Shown here: piece by piece, positions 1-8,254 of the stretch
Layout of the letters: each line of letters begins with the position of its first letter
Numbering within the stretch: the first letter of the stretch is position 1
Assembly (NCBI GenBank): GCA_039588295.1
Contig: JBDHAB010000003.1
Location: forward strand, 1 to 64,000
Length of the DNA stretch: 64,000 nucleotides
Direction: 5' to 3'
From: Gemmatimonadota bacterium
GTDB lineage: Bacteria > Gemmatimonadota > Gemmatimonadetes > Gemmatimonadales > GWC2-71-9
Program-made: the position numbers and the translations under genes
The notes under the pieces: generated by a model
What the model was told of the DNA's origin: nothing
Databases searched by the model: none
The model's input: the letters and a program-made list of their open reading frames with translations, nothing else

Positions 1-114
1 TGCCGTGGGCGTAGGAGGACGCCGCAAGAGCGAAGCAGCAACGCGGCGAGCAGCGCTCGCCGCGGAAGGGTCACTCACGTCTCCTTGACAGCGCACTTCT
101 TAATGGTGTTAGGC
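1..114 (-). mobile_element. attC: Putative attC site (left/5' part; R' end lies just outside the window)
   Basis: Minus strand reads GCCTAAC (RYYYAAC, R'') at 114-108, overlapping the cassette stop codon. Central perfect hairpin CGCGGCGAGC-3nt-GCTCGCCGCG at 42-64. AGGAGACG pairs with CGTCCTCCT (one bulge). Confidence 0.65.
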
Positions 115-495
115 TGCAGTCGGCCCGCGATCGGAGTCGTCTGAATGGGCAGTCGCACGTCGCGCCACCCGCGCAACTGCAAGCCTCGCTGCGAGGGCAA
201 GCTGGTACGCGGCGAGCGCATAGAGGAAGCCTGGCATGTCAAAGACACTGAGCAGTGCAACGCCAAGAAGCACAAGAGCCCACATCGCAAGTCCCAAGCG
301 ACGGCCGGAGCGCAAGAGTAGATAGAAGGCTACCGACTCGAGGCCGAGGAACGCCCACGTTCCAATTGCGGCAAGCCAAGGGTACGGGACAGTGCCGGGG
401 TAAGGCGCTAATCCAGGGTATTGGGCAGCGTATGCTGTGATTGGGCCGAACGCAAGCCAAAGCGCAAGCAGGCCGTAGCGGCCGACAAGGCTCAT
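109..495 (-). CDS. Integron gene-cassette ORF, small hypothetical membrane protein (128 aa)
   Basis: ATG at 495 preceded by AAGGA and by core site GTTAGGC (525-519). TAA lies inside GCCTAAC. About 4 hydrophobic segments and a YPG/PYP repeat. Confidence 0.7.
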   Translation of the reverse strand: MSLVGRYGLLALWLAFGPITAYAAQYPGLAPYPGTVPYPWLAAIGTWAFLGLESVAFYLLLRSGRRLGLAMWALVLLGVALLSVFDMPGFLYALAAYQLALAARLAVARVARRATAHSDDSDRGPTAA

Positions 496-518
496 CGCAA
501 GTTCCTTGAAAGACTGCT

Positions 519-560
519 GCCTAACTAGTAATGGACTGACCAACGTATCTCATTATTGAG
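519..560 (-). mobile_element. attI: Putative attI site
   Basis: Minus strand ...AATAATGAGATACGTTGGTCAGTCCATTACTA-GTTAGGC: GTTRRRY core in an AT-rich patch. No matching RYYYAAC upstream, so it is not an attC. Confidence 0.6.
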
Positions 561-773
561 CGAGTTCTTCGCAGTGTAGTGAACACGCTGTGACCACCCG
601 ACTTGCTCCAAGCCAGACCGCCGCAGGCGATACCATGAGACGGGCCGGGGCTCGCGGGCGCGATAGACTGCGAGGCCCCCGCTTCCTAATCTGCCGATCG
701 CATCCGGAGCCGTCGAGGCCCCCCCTCGTCCGCAGCCGCACGCGGTCGCGGGATGGGTTGGGGGAAGCCCGGC

Positions 774-1775
774 CTACAGCGAGTCGGCGGGGCTGAGTAC
801 GCCGAGCCCGGGTCGGTTGAGCACATGGGTGTACATCATCGTGGTTCGGACGTCCTTGTGGCCCAGCAACTCCTGAATCGTCCGGATGTCCGTCCCCTCC
901 TCCAGAAGGTGCGTGGCAAAGGAGTGCCGCAGGGTGTGACAGCTGGCCCGTCGGGCGAACCCCAGGCTCCGGACGGCCTGACGGACCGACCGCTGCACTA
1001 CTGTCGGATGCACATGCCACAGGGACCGGACATCGGTCCTGCGGTTGCCGTGCATGCGCGAAGCGGGGAAGACCCAGTGCCAGGGCCAGGACCGATCGAT
1101 CCCGTGGTACTTGCGCGCCAACGCGTCCGGGACCGCAACACGCCACTTGACGTCGTCGAGGGCCCGCCGGTAGGCAGCCTCGACATGGCCCAGATGCGCC
1201 CGGAGTTCCCCGGTGGCCGTGCGGGGCAGCGTCGTCACCCGTCCGCGGCCACCCTTAGCGTCCCGCACGACGATCCGCTGGCAGTCAAATTCGAGATCCT
1301 TGACCCGCAGCCGCAATGCCTCGGTGAGCCGCAGTCCCCCACCGTAGAGCAGGATCGCCACCAGCCGCGGAACCCCGTCGAGCGCGTCCAGCAACGCGCG
1401 GACCGGCGCGCGGCTCAACACCTCCGGAAGCGGTGTGGACCGCTTGGCACGGACGAGCCCGTGCAGCCACCCGACGTCGCCACCCAACACCTCGCGATAC
1501 AGGAAGGCGAGCGCCGCAAGCGCCTGGTTCTGGGTGGACGCGCTCACTCGGGCGCGCACCGCGAGATCCGTCAGAAACTGCGTGACCTCGGTCTCGCCCA
1601 ACTCGGCGGGGTGCCGCAGGCCGTGAAACCGGACATACGCGCGGACCCAGCGAACGTATGCCTGCTCCGTCCGACGGCTGTAGTGCCGCACACGAATGGC
1701 ATGCCGGACCGCGTCGAGTAACGCGGCTCGGCCTCGAGGAATCGTCGAGCCTCCCACACTCGACGATGGTCGCAA
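774..1775 (-). CDS. intI: Integron integrase IntI (tyrosine recombinase)
   Basis: [35 protein letters not shown], IntI-specific insert [45 protein letters not shown]. Confidence 0.95.
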   Translation of the reverse strand: MRPSSSVGGSTIPRGRAALLDAVRHAIRVRHYSRRTEQAYVRWVRAYVRFHGLRHPAELGETEVTQFLTDLAVRARVSASTQNQALAALAFLYREVLGGDVGWLHGLVRAKRSTPLPEVLSRAPVRALLDALDGVPRLVAILLYGGGLRLTEALRLRVKDLEFDCQRIVVRDAKGGRGRVTTLPRTATGELRAHLGHVEAAYRRALDDVKWRVAVPDALARKYHGIDRSWPWHWVFPASRMHGNRRTDVRSLWHVHPTVVQRSVRQAVRSLGFARRASCHTLRHSFATHLLEEGTDIRTIQELLGHKDVRTTMMYTHVLNRPGLGVLSPADSL

Positions 1776-1885
1776 CTCACCTCTTCTCCGCTAACCGCCC
1801 TCGCGCAGCCGGAGACGAATTGCTGCAGAATGTGATGTTCGTCGACAGCCTCCGACCACGGGAAGCGTCGGCGAAGAGCGCCCCG

Positions 1886-2329
1886 CTACGGGATGCGCGT
1901 ACCTTCCTGGCGGCCGCGAAGCACCGAGTCGGGCTCGGTCGTCTCGTACCGCGCCACGAACGTGCCCACCATCATGCCGTCTTCCAGTCGCGCGACGGTG
2001 CGCGTCGAGACCATGATCCCACCGCGCAACGCGCTCTCGTAGGGTCCAAGCTCAACGACGATGCTGTCACCCTCGACGGCGACCACGCGCGCCTGGATGG
2101 GTTCTCGGTCAGGGAAGGTGACCGTCCACCCATCCATGTCCTCAGTGGCGACCATCTCGTACGAGACGAGGGTCGTGTCGCCGGTCGCGGTCATGGCTTG
2201 CATGGACCACGTTCCCGCGAAATCCGCGAGTGAGACACCGGCCTCCTCGGCTTCCATTGCGGCCTGGTCCTCCCCCGGGGCGCAAGCCGCGAGCAGGACC
2301 GCGCAACAGAGGACTGCAAAACGCTGCAT
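1886..2329 (-). CDS. Hypothetical lipoprotein
   Basis: ATG 2329 with GGAGG RBS; lipobox LLAAC; beta-rich body. Confidence 0.75.
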   Translation of the reverse strand: MQRFAVLCCAVLLAACAPGEDQAAMEAEEAGVSLADFAGTWSMQAMTATGDTTLVSYEMVATEDMDGWTVTFPDREPIQARVVAVEGDSIVVELGPYESALRGGIMVSTRTVARLEDGMMVGTFVARYETTEPDSVLRGRQEGTRIP

Positions 2330-2557
2330 CAGCCCCTCCGTGTGCAAGAGATCTGTGGGCACCGCGTGAACCGCGGTGCGCGGTAACCTACCGCCGCTCC
2401 CTCCGGCAGGCAATGAAGTCCGCGCAAGCCCTCGACGGGGCCCACCGCGCCGGCCCCTGGGATTGCGCGAACGCGCCAAGGCGGAGAGATTTAGCAAATC
2501 CGACAATATCGATCCCTATTAGGCCTGTTACTTTGCCCGTCGAACAAGGAGGCTGTT

Positions 2558-3184
2558 GTGAGACCCATTCTGGCTCCGCTCGCTGCCGCCGCGCTGATCA
2601 GCGCCACCGGCGTGAGTGCGCTACCGGCTCAGCAAGAACACGAGCATAAGGCCGAGCACGCACAGCAACAAATGCCGGACCCCGCCGCGATGATGGCGGC
2701 CTATGTGGAGGCGGCCAAGCCGGGTCCCGAGCACCAGATGCTCGCCTCGCTGACGGGGGAATACACCGCGACCGTCAAGTTCTGGCCGGCACCCGATGCT
2801 CCACCACAAGTCAGCACCCACGACTACTCGGCGCACATGATGTTCGATCGGTATCTCATGGAGGAATACGAAGGCGAGATGCTGGGCCAGATGTTCAACG
2901 GCATCGGGCTCGTCGCGTTCGACAACGTCGAGAAGCACTATGTCAGCGCCTGGATCGACAACATGGGTACGGGCATCATGACGATGACCGGCGACATGGA
3001 TGAATCGGGCAGGGCCATCACGATGTGGGGCAAGTACATGGACCCATTGACCGGCGAGATGGCGAAGACGAAGAGCGTCGTTAGCCTCACGAGCGATACC
3101 GAGCGCACGTACGAGATGTACATGGTCGCGGGTGACGCGGAAATCAAGACGATGGAGATCACGCTGAAGAAGCAGGGCTACTAG
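2558..3184 (+). CDS. Exported DUF1579-like protein
   Basis: AAGGAGG RBS; signal peptide; MMAAY..KPGPEH..L..GEY and WIDNMGTG motifs. Confidence 0.8.
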   Translation: MRPILAPLAAAALISATGVSALPAQQEHEHKAEHAQQQMPDPAAMMAAYVEAAKPGPEHQMLASLTGEYTATVKFWPAPDAPPQVSTHDYSAHMMFDRYLMEEYEGEMLGQMFNGIGLVAFDNVEKHYVSAWIDNMGTGIMTMTGDMDESGRAITMWGKYMDPLTGEMAKTKSVVSLTSDTERTYEMYMVAGDAEIKTMEITLKKQGY

Positions 3185-3209
3185 GCTCGCCCCGCGCCCT
3201 ACCGCGACG

Positions 3210-3243
3210 AAACGTCCCGGCGCCGTTTGGCGCCGGGACGTTT
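3210..3243. terminator. Bidirectional intrinsic terminator
   Basis: AAACGTCCCGGCGCC-GTTT-GGCGCCGGGACGTTT, a perfect 15-bp stem between convergent genes. Confidence 0.8.
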
Positions 3244-3275
3244 TCTCAGGTACGGGGTCACAAACCCGTGCCAGC

Positions 3276-3692
3276 TCAGTCGTCCTCGCGCAATTCCTGA
3301 GACAGCGTGAGGTGGGCACTCCCGATGCCGTGCACGGCGAGCACGTAGCTGTAACGCCCGCCCGGCAGCGGCTCCTCACCCACGAAGTCGATCACCTGAA
3401 GCCGGAGCGTATCGTCCTGGATGACGACCTCCGTTGTGGCAATCCGGTACGCCGTCGTCACGGGGACGTACGGCGTGGCGTTCCCGGGCCCGAGATCCTG
3501 AAACGTCTGGGGTCCCTCGGAGGTGTAGAGCGTGGCCGTCGACATGGTTACCGGCGAGGCGTTTTCGAGCCGCACCTCCACATCTTCCGTCCCTGACAGA
3601 TCGTCGCATGCCGCAACGGTGCCCGCGAATGCCATCGCGAGGACGAAACGGGTCACGAGAACCCAGCAATCTCTCGGAGCGGTACGCGGCAT
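3276..3692 (-). CDS. Hypothetical lipoprotein
   Basis: VAAC lipobox; start coupled to the upstream stop (TGATG); true start may be slightly downstream. Confidence 0.7.
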   Translation of the reverse strand: MPRTAPRDCWVLVTRFVLAMAFAGTVAACDDLSGTEDVEVRLENASPVTMSTATLYTSEGPQTFQDLGPGNATPYVPVTTAYRIATTEVVIQDDTLRLQVIDFVGEEPLPGGRYSYVLAVHGIGSAHLTLSQELREDD

Positions 3693-4087
3693 CAGGACTT
3701 GCCCCGTAGGACGAACCGCGCCCGGTAGTCCCCCTCCGGGATCGGCGTCGTGTCATCGGGATACGGGTCGAGCCGCACCAGCACCAGCTCGAGTGCCCCG
3801 AGGTCGATGGTCTTGGGATCCAGCGTCGTGTGGAGCGTGTCGATGCGGGAGTCGCCAATCAGAGGCGAGTACTCGAGGACTACGGCGCCGTCGCCTGCCC
3901 AGACGCACACCACACTGGTGGGGCACCGCGAATCCTCCGGTACCTCGAGGAACCGCACCCAGAGATCGAGCTTGGTCAGGGTCTCCCGCTCGCCGACACG
4001 CAGCTCGAATTCGTCGTCCACTCCTGGCTCTGTAGTCAGGATGCAGGCGAAGAGCAGCGGGATGATACCGAGCAAGCGGGCGCGCAT
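3692..4087 (-). CDS. Hypothetical exported/lipoprotein with DSRCP-x4-CVWAG motif
   Basis: Signal ending LFAC; EDSRCPTSVVCVWAG motif of a common uncharacterised family. Confidence 0.8.
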   Translation of the reverse strand: MRARLLGIIPLLFACILTTEPGVDDEFELRVGERETLTKLDLWVRFLEVPEDSRCPTSVVCVWAGDGAVVLEYSPLIGDSRIDTLHTTLDPKTIDLGALELVLVRLDPYPDDTTPIPEGDYRARFVLRGKS

Positions 4088-4153
4088 GAGGCACTCCGAA
4101 CCGTGTGTCCACCGTACGATACCCGCTGCAACGCCGGTCCGTCACTCCGGCCG

Positions 4154-4696
4154 CTAGGGCTCCTCCAGCTCGATCTCCATTGGGACGTGGACCATTGTCT
4201 CGCCCCACTGAAACGTCAACACCGCTCGGGGACCATCCACGACCGGGAAATGGAACGTGAGCGTTTCCATGTGCTGTCCGGACTCGGGCAAGAGCTCAAG
4301 CCGCAAGGCGTCCTGACCCTCGGGATAGGGAGTGTGAAAGACGTCGGCCGCGCGGCTCAGGATGACGGTCCAGGCCTCGGGGAACGGGATCATCCACACG
4401 CTGTATTTGCCGGCGGGCAGGGGGTGGCCATCCACCTGCACACCGGTCGAGAACGCAATCGTCGTTGCCGAGTCGGCACCCGGGTTCCAGGTCTTACCCC
4501 ACGGCACCAGGGCACCGAACAGCTCGCGCCCACGGGCCACCGGCCGGCTGTAGCGGATCACAATCTCCGTGTCTCCCAGCATTTGGGTGACGGTCCCGGA
4601 CTGGCTCCACTTGATGGCCTGCGCCGTGGTGTCGCGCGCGCGACCGCCGAGCATGGTCGCCGCAACGAAAACGAGGAAGAGACGACGTACGTGCAT
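4154..4696 (-). CDS. DUF2911-family exported protein
   Basis: YSRPVARGRELFGALVPWGKTWNPGAD, LPAGKYS, final WGE; signal peptide from ATG 4696. Confidence 0.85.
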   Translation of the reverse strand: MHVRRLFLVFVAATMLGGRARDTTAQAIKWSQSGTVTQMLGDTEIVIRYSRPVARGRELFGALVPWGKTWNPGADSATTIAFSTGVQVDGHPLPAGKYSVWMIPFPEAWTVILSRAADVFHTPYPEGQDALRLELLPESGQHMETLTFHFPVVDGPRAVLTFQWGETMVHVPMEIELEEP

Positions 4697-4871
4697 GTCG
4701 AGGGTTCCCTCACAGAGGTCGGTCTGCACTGCAACGTCGTGCGGCGGGAAATCGTTCCCGCCGAATGCCAAGCCTGTTCGAGTGCGTGGTGTTCTGGAGA
4801 GGCACTCGGGAACCTGTCTCCGCCCACCGGTGTCTCAGGTCGCACCCCAATCCTTGAACCCAGGACGTATC

Positions 4872-6545
4872 ATGCTCAGCACCCGACGGCTGCTCATTTG
4901 CATTATCGGCCTTGCGGTACTCCCCTCGACGCTCGTCGCCCAAGCCGACAGTGTGCCGACCATCGGCCAGGCCCGCGTCCTTCTCGGGCAGCAACAGTAC
5001 GAGGCAGCCGCGGAGATCCTGCGAACCATCACGGCTCGGCAGCCCGAGAATCCGCGCGCCTGGGCCATGCTGGGCCTCGCGCTCCATGCCGAGGGAGACT
5101 ACCAAGCGGCGCTCGCCGCACACCGCAAGGCGGCGGAGTTTCCGCAGACGGCGCCGAACGCGATGTACAACATCGGTGCGGCCTATGCGCGGCTGGGTGA
5201 CAAGGACCAGGCATTCGAGTGGCTCGAGAAGGCGAGAGCCACGAATCAGGTGGACATGACGCAGCTCGGCGCCGATCCGGATGCGGAAAGCCTGCGCGGT
5301 GACCCGCGCTACGAGCGGCTGCTCCCAACGGCGGCAGAGTTCGACGATCCGTTCGTCGAACCGGTCGAGATCATCCACGAGTGGCGCGGTGAGGCCGCCA
5401 GCGACCAGTTCGGCTGGATCGCACGCAACATCGGTGACGTGAACGGCGACGGCGTCAACGATGTGACGACCTCGGCGCCGACGAGCAACGCCGGCGGTCA
5501 GAATGCGGGCCGAGTGTACACGTACTCGGGACGTGACGGAACGCTGCTCTGGACTGCGGACGGCCCGGTGGGTGGCCAGCTGGGCCTGGGCATCGAGGCC
5601 GCGGGCGATGTGAACGCCGACGGCATCCCCGACGTGATTGCCGGAGCGCCCGGGGCAGGGAAGGCCTTCGTCTTCTCGGGCAGGGATGGTGCCGTCCTGC
5701 TGACGCTCAGTTCCGATCAACCGAACACGAACTTCGGACGCAAGGTGTCCGATATCGGCGACCTGAACGGCGACGGACACGCGGACGTGCTGGTCGGTGA
5801 ACCCGGTCGCGACGACGGCACCGGCCGCGCCTACGTGTTCACGGGCAAGGACGGCTCGATTCTCGCTGCCTGGGATGGCGAAGTGCCGGGCGACAACTAC
5901 GGCTCGGCAGGGGCGGGACTCGTCAGTGATGGGCAGACGTTTGTCGTGGTCGGTGCGCCCAACGCGGGCGACCACAACCGCGGTCGGACATACGTCTATA
6001 AAGGATTAGCCGCACGACCCGCGTTCGTGATCGAATCCGACGAGCAGGGACAGAACCTCGGCGGCATGTTCGTCTCGGTGATCGGTGACGTGAACGCGGA
6101 CGGCACACCCGATGTGTACGCGTCCGACTGGGCACACAACGCCAACGGTCCGTTCACGGGCCGGGTCTACATCCACAGCGGCAGGAACGGGGAGCGCCTG
6201 CGTACGTTCACGGGTGAGTCGGCTGGTGACGGCTTCGGCATCGGGCCCGCTGACGCCGGCGACGTGAACGGCGACGGATGTGACGACATTGTCGTCGGCG
6301 CCTGGCGCCACGCCAGCGCCGCACCGATGGGTGGGAAGATCTACGTCTACTCGGGCCAGGACGGCTCCCTGCTGTCCACGATTACTGGCAAGGTGATGGG
6401 GGAGACGCTGGGGTTCGACGCAACCGGCATGGATGACGTCAATGGCGACGGCGTGATCGACTATCTGGTGACGTCGGCCTGGAGCGGGGTCAACGGGACC
6501 CGGAGCGGAAGGATGTACATCGTATCGGGGCAGGCGCGACCGTAG
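4872..6545 (+). CDS. Exported TPR + FG-GAP (integrin-like beta-propeller) protein
   Basis: Signal peptide; TPRs (AWAMLG..A, AMYNIGAAYARLG); about 6 GDVNGDG/DG.D Ca-binding FG-GAP repeats. Confidence 0.9.
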   Translation: MLSTRRLLICIIGLAVLPSTLVAQADSVPTIGQARVLLGQQQYEAAAEILRTITARQPENPRAWAMLGLALHAEGDYQAALAAHRKAAEFPQTAPNAMYNIGAAYARLGDKDQAFEWLEKARATNQVDMTQLGADPDAESLRGDPRYERLLPTAAEFDDPFVEPVEIIHEWRGEAASDQFGWIARNIGDVNGDGVNDVTTSAPTSNAGGQNAGRVYTYSGRDGTLLWTADGPVGGQLGLGIEAAGDVNADGIPDVIAGAPGAGKAFVFSGRDGAVLLTLSSDQPNTNFGRKVSDIGDLNGDGHADVLVGEPGRDDGTGRAYVFTGKDGSILAAWDGEVPGDNYGSAGAGLVSDGQTFVVVGAPNAGDHNRGRTYVYKGLAARPAFVIESDEQGQNLGGMFVSVIGDVNADGTPDVYASDWAHNANGPFTGRVYIHSGRNGERLRTFTGESAGDGFGIGPADAGDVNGDGCDDIVVGAWRHASAAPMGGKIYVYSGQDGSLLSTITGKVMGETLGFDATGMDDVNGDGVIDYLVTSAWSGVNGTRSGRMYIVSGQARP

Positions 6546-6677
6546 TCATCAGACCCGTGCTGCGTACGAGCGTTTGTCCCAGGTTGCGTTGATTTCTGGA
6601 CCGGCACCGTCCTCACCGTCCTGGCCGCCATGATCGCCCTCGTCCGCCTCGCCTGACTCTCATCCTCTACCCCTTCC

Positions 6678-6733
6678 CCCTTGTCCCTTGTCCCTTGTCC
6701 CTTATCCCTTATCTCTTATCCCTTCTTCTCTGT
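6678..6733 (+). repeat. Tandem heptamer repeat (CCCTTRT)n, about 8 units
   Basis: cccttgt x3, cccttat x2, ctcttat, cccttct, tctctgt. Confidence 0.85.
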
Positions 6734-6795
6734 CATATACGGGACCTCGAAACCCCACTAACCAACAGACGCACCGGCCGGCCCATCGGAGCGCC

Positions 6796-7314
6796 ATGCG
6801 ACGGATCGATCTGGAGGCGCAACTCGAGCAGCACCATGAGGCGGCATTTGGCTGGGCGCTGAGCTGTTGCGACCGGGATCGGCCGATGGCGGAGGACGTC
6901 CTGCAGGCGACCTATCTGAAGGTGCTCGATGGGCGGGCGGTGTTTCGGGAGCGATCGAGCTTTAAGACCTGGCTGTTCGCGGTGATTCGCCGAACGGCCG
7001 CCGAGCAGCGGAGGCGCCGTGCGATTCTCCGGTTTGTGCCGCTGGCTCGGCTGGAGGGGCGGGTCGAAAGACGGTCCACGGCCCCCGATCCGGAAGCGGT
7101 GCTCGTGAGTACCGAGCGGACAGCGCAGCTCGTGGCGGCGCTCGACAAGTTGCCGTCTCGGCAGCGCGAGGTGCTGCACCTGGTGTTCTACCAGGAGTTG
7201 AGTGTGGCGGAGTCGGCGGAGGTGCTGGGCGTCTCCGTCGGGACGGCGCGAACGCACTACGAGCGTGGCAAGAGCCGATTGCGGACGTTGCTCGAGGAGC
7301 CTGAGAGGTCATGA
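6796..7314 (+). CDS. ECF RNA polymerase sigma factor
   Basis: AEDVLQATYL, SSFKTWLFAV (region 2); LPSRQREVL..SVAESAEVLGVSVGTARTHYERG (region 4). Confidence 0.9.
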   Translation: MRRIDLEAQLEQHHEAAFGWALSCCDRDRPMAEDVLQATYLKVLDGRAVFRERSSFKTWLFAVIRRTAAEQRRRRAILRFVPLARLEGRVERRSTAPDPEAVLVSTERTAQLVAALDKLPSRQREVLHLVFYQELSVAESAEVLGVSVGTARTHYERGKSRLRTLLEEPERS

Positions 7315-7697
7315 CGCACAGCCACAACAACGACGATCTACGTGCACGGTTTGCCGAGCTTCGGGATGAGATGTGGAGCGAGGCGTCGCCGTATGTCCGA
7401 CCCGCGGTCCGACAGGCAGTGCCCAGTCGACGCCCCGTATGGATCGCAGTCGCCGCGGCGGTCGTGCTGCTCGTTGCCGGGGCGTTGTGGTTGACGAGTC
7501 GCGACCGCTCACCGGAAACCATCATCGCGCTCGATGCCACGAGTTGGACGGCACCGACGGACTTTCTCCTCGAGACACCATGGCGAGACCTGCTCCGTAC
7601 GGTCCCAGTACTCGGGACCGATCTCGCGCCACGGGCCGGCCAGCCACTCGAATCGCCTACAAACGACTCAGATAGAGTCAGGAGGAACCAGTCATGA
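7311..7697 (+). CDS. Putative single-TM anti-sigma factor
   Basis: ATGA overlap with the sigma gene; one TM helix; WTAPTDFLL motif. Confidence 0.65.
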   Translation: MTHSHNNDDLRARFAELRDEMWSEASPYVRPAVRQAVPSRRPVWIAVAAAVVLLVAGALWLTSRDRSPETIIALDATSWTAPTDFLLETPWRDLLRTVPVLGTDLAPRAGQPLESPTNDSDRVRRNQS

Positions 7698-8176
7698 AGC
7701 GACACGTACTCATCGCGCTCGCCTGCGCATTCGTACTGCCGATCGTGGCGCATGCGCAGGCGCAGGAACGCGAGCACGCCGAACAGGAACGCATGCGTGC
7801 CGAACAGGAACGCAAGCACGCCGACCAGAACTTCGAGCGGTTCCTATTTCCGCCGGAGCTGGTGATGCAACACCAACGGCAGCTGGGGCTCACCGAGGTC
7901 CAACGTCAGGAGATCACGCAGGCGATCGCGCAGCTCCAGGCAGAGGTGGTTGAGCTTCAGTGGCAGCTACAGGACAGAACGGTGCTGCTGGGAGAGATCC
8001 TCAATCAGCCGAGAATCGACACGCAAGATGCGCTACAGCGCGTCGAGGAGCTGTTCGAAATCGAGCGACAGGTCAAGACCGCGCATCTCGTACTGCTCAT
8101 CGACATCAAGAACACGTTGAGCGAGGAGCAACAGCGAAGGCTCATGGAGTTGCGTGCGCAGCGGTGGGATAGGTGA
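7694..8176 (+). CDS. Spy/CpxP-like periplasmic protein
   Basis: Signal peptide; FPPELVM..QLGLTEVQ and LSEEQ (LTxxQ) motifs; GGAGG RBS. Confidence 0.8.
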   Translation: MKRHVLIALACAFVLPIVAHAQAQEREHAEQERMRAEQERKHADQNFERFLFPPELVMQHQRQLGLTEVQRQEITQAIAQLQAEVVELQWQLQDRTVLLGEILNQPRIDTQDALQRVEELFEIERQVKTAHLVLLIDIKNTLSEEQQRRLMELRAQRWDR

Positions 8177-8253
8177 ATAGGTGATAGGTGGTAGGTGGTA
8201 GTGTAAGGCACCGCCCGCGCTACCACCTACCACCTACCACCTAACACCTATTC
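8175..8253. repeat. Inverted repeat built from GTGGTAG/CTACCAC heptamers (probable terminator)
   Basis: 8175-8201 and 8227-8253 are reverse complements with 1 mismatch in 27 nt; lies between convergent genes. Confidence 0.8.
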
Positions 8254-8254
8254 T

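Noticed and set aside
1..74. AAGGAG followed by GTG opening MTLPRRALLAALLL... on the minus strand
   Set aside because: It lies inside the predicted attC stem-loop and is better explained as attC sequence; it cannot be excluded without flanking DNA.
85..113. TTGACA on the + strand as a -35 box
   Set aside because: No -10 hexamer at 16-18 bp spacing; it falls within the attC arm.
753..1721. 322-aa + strand ORF antisense to intI
   Set aside because: Shadow ORF typical of high-GC genes; no motifs.
1776..1885. LexA box or canonical attI upstream of intI
   Set aside because: No CTGT-N8-ACAG or GAAC-N4-GTTC match, and no GTTRRRY core in a suitable context.
7760..7830. 21-nt direct repeats (GAACAGGAACGC)
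   Set aside because: They encode an AEQER heptad repeat within the Spy-like protein; ordinary coding repeat.
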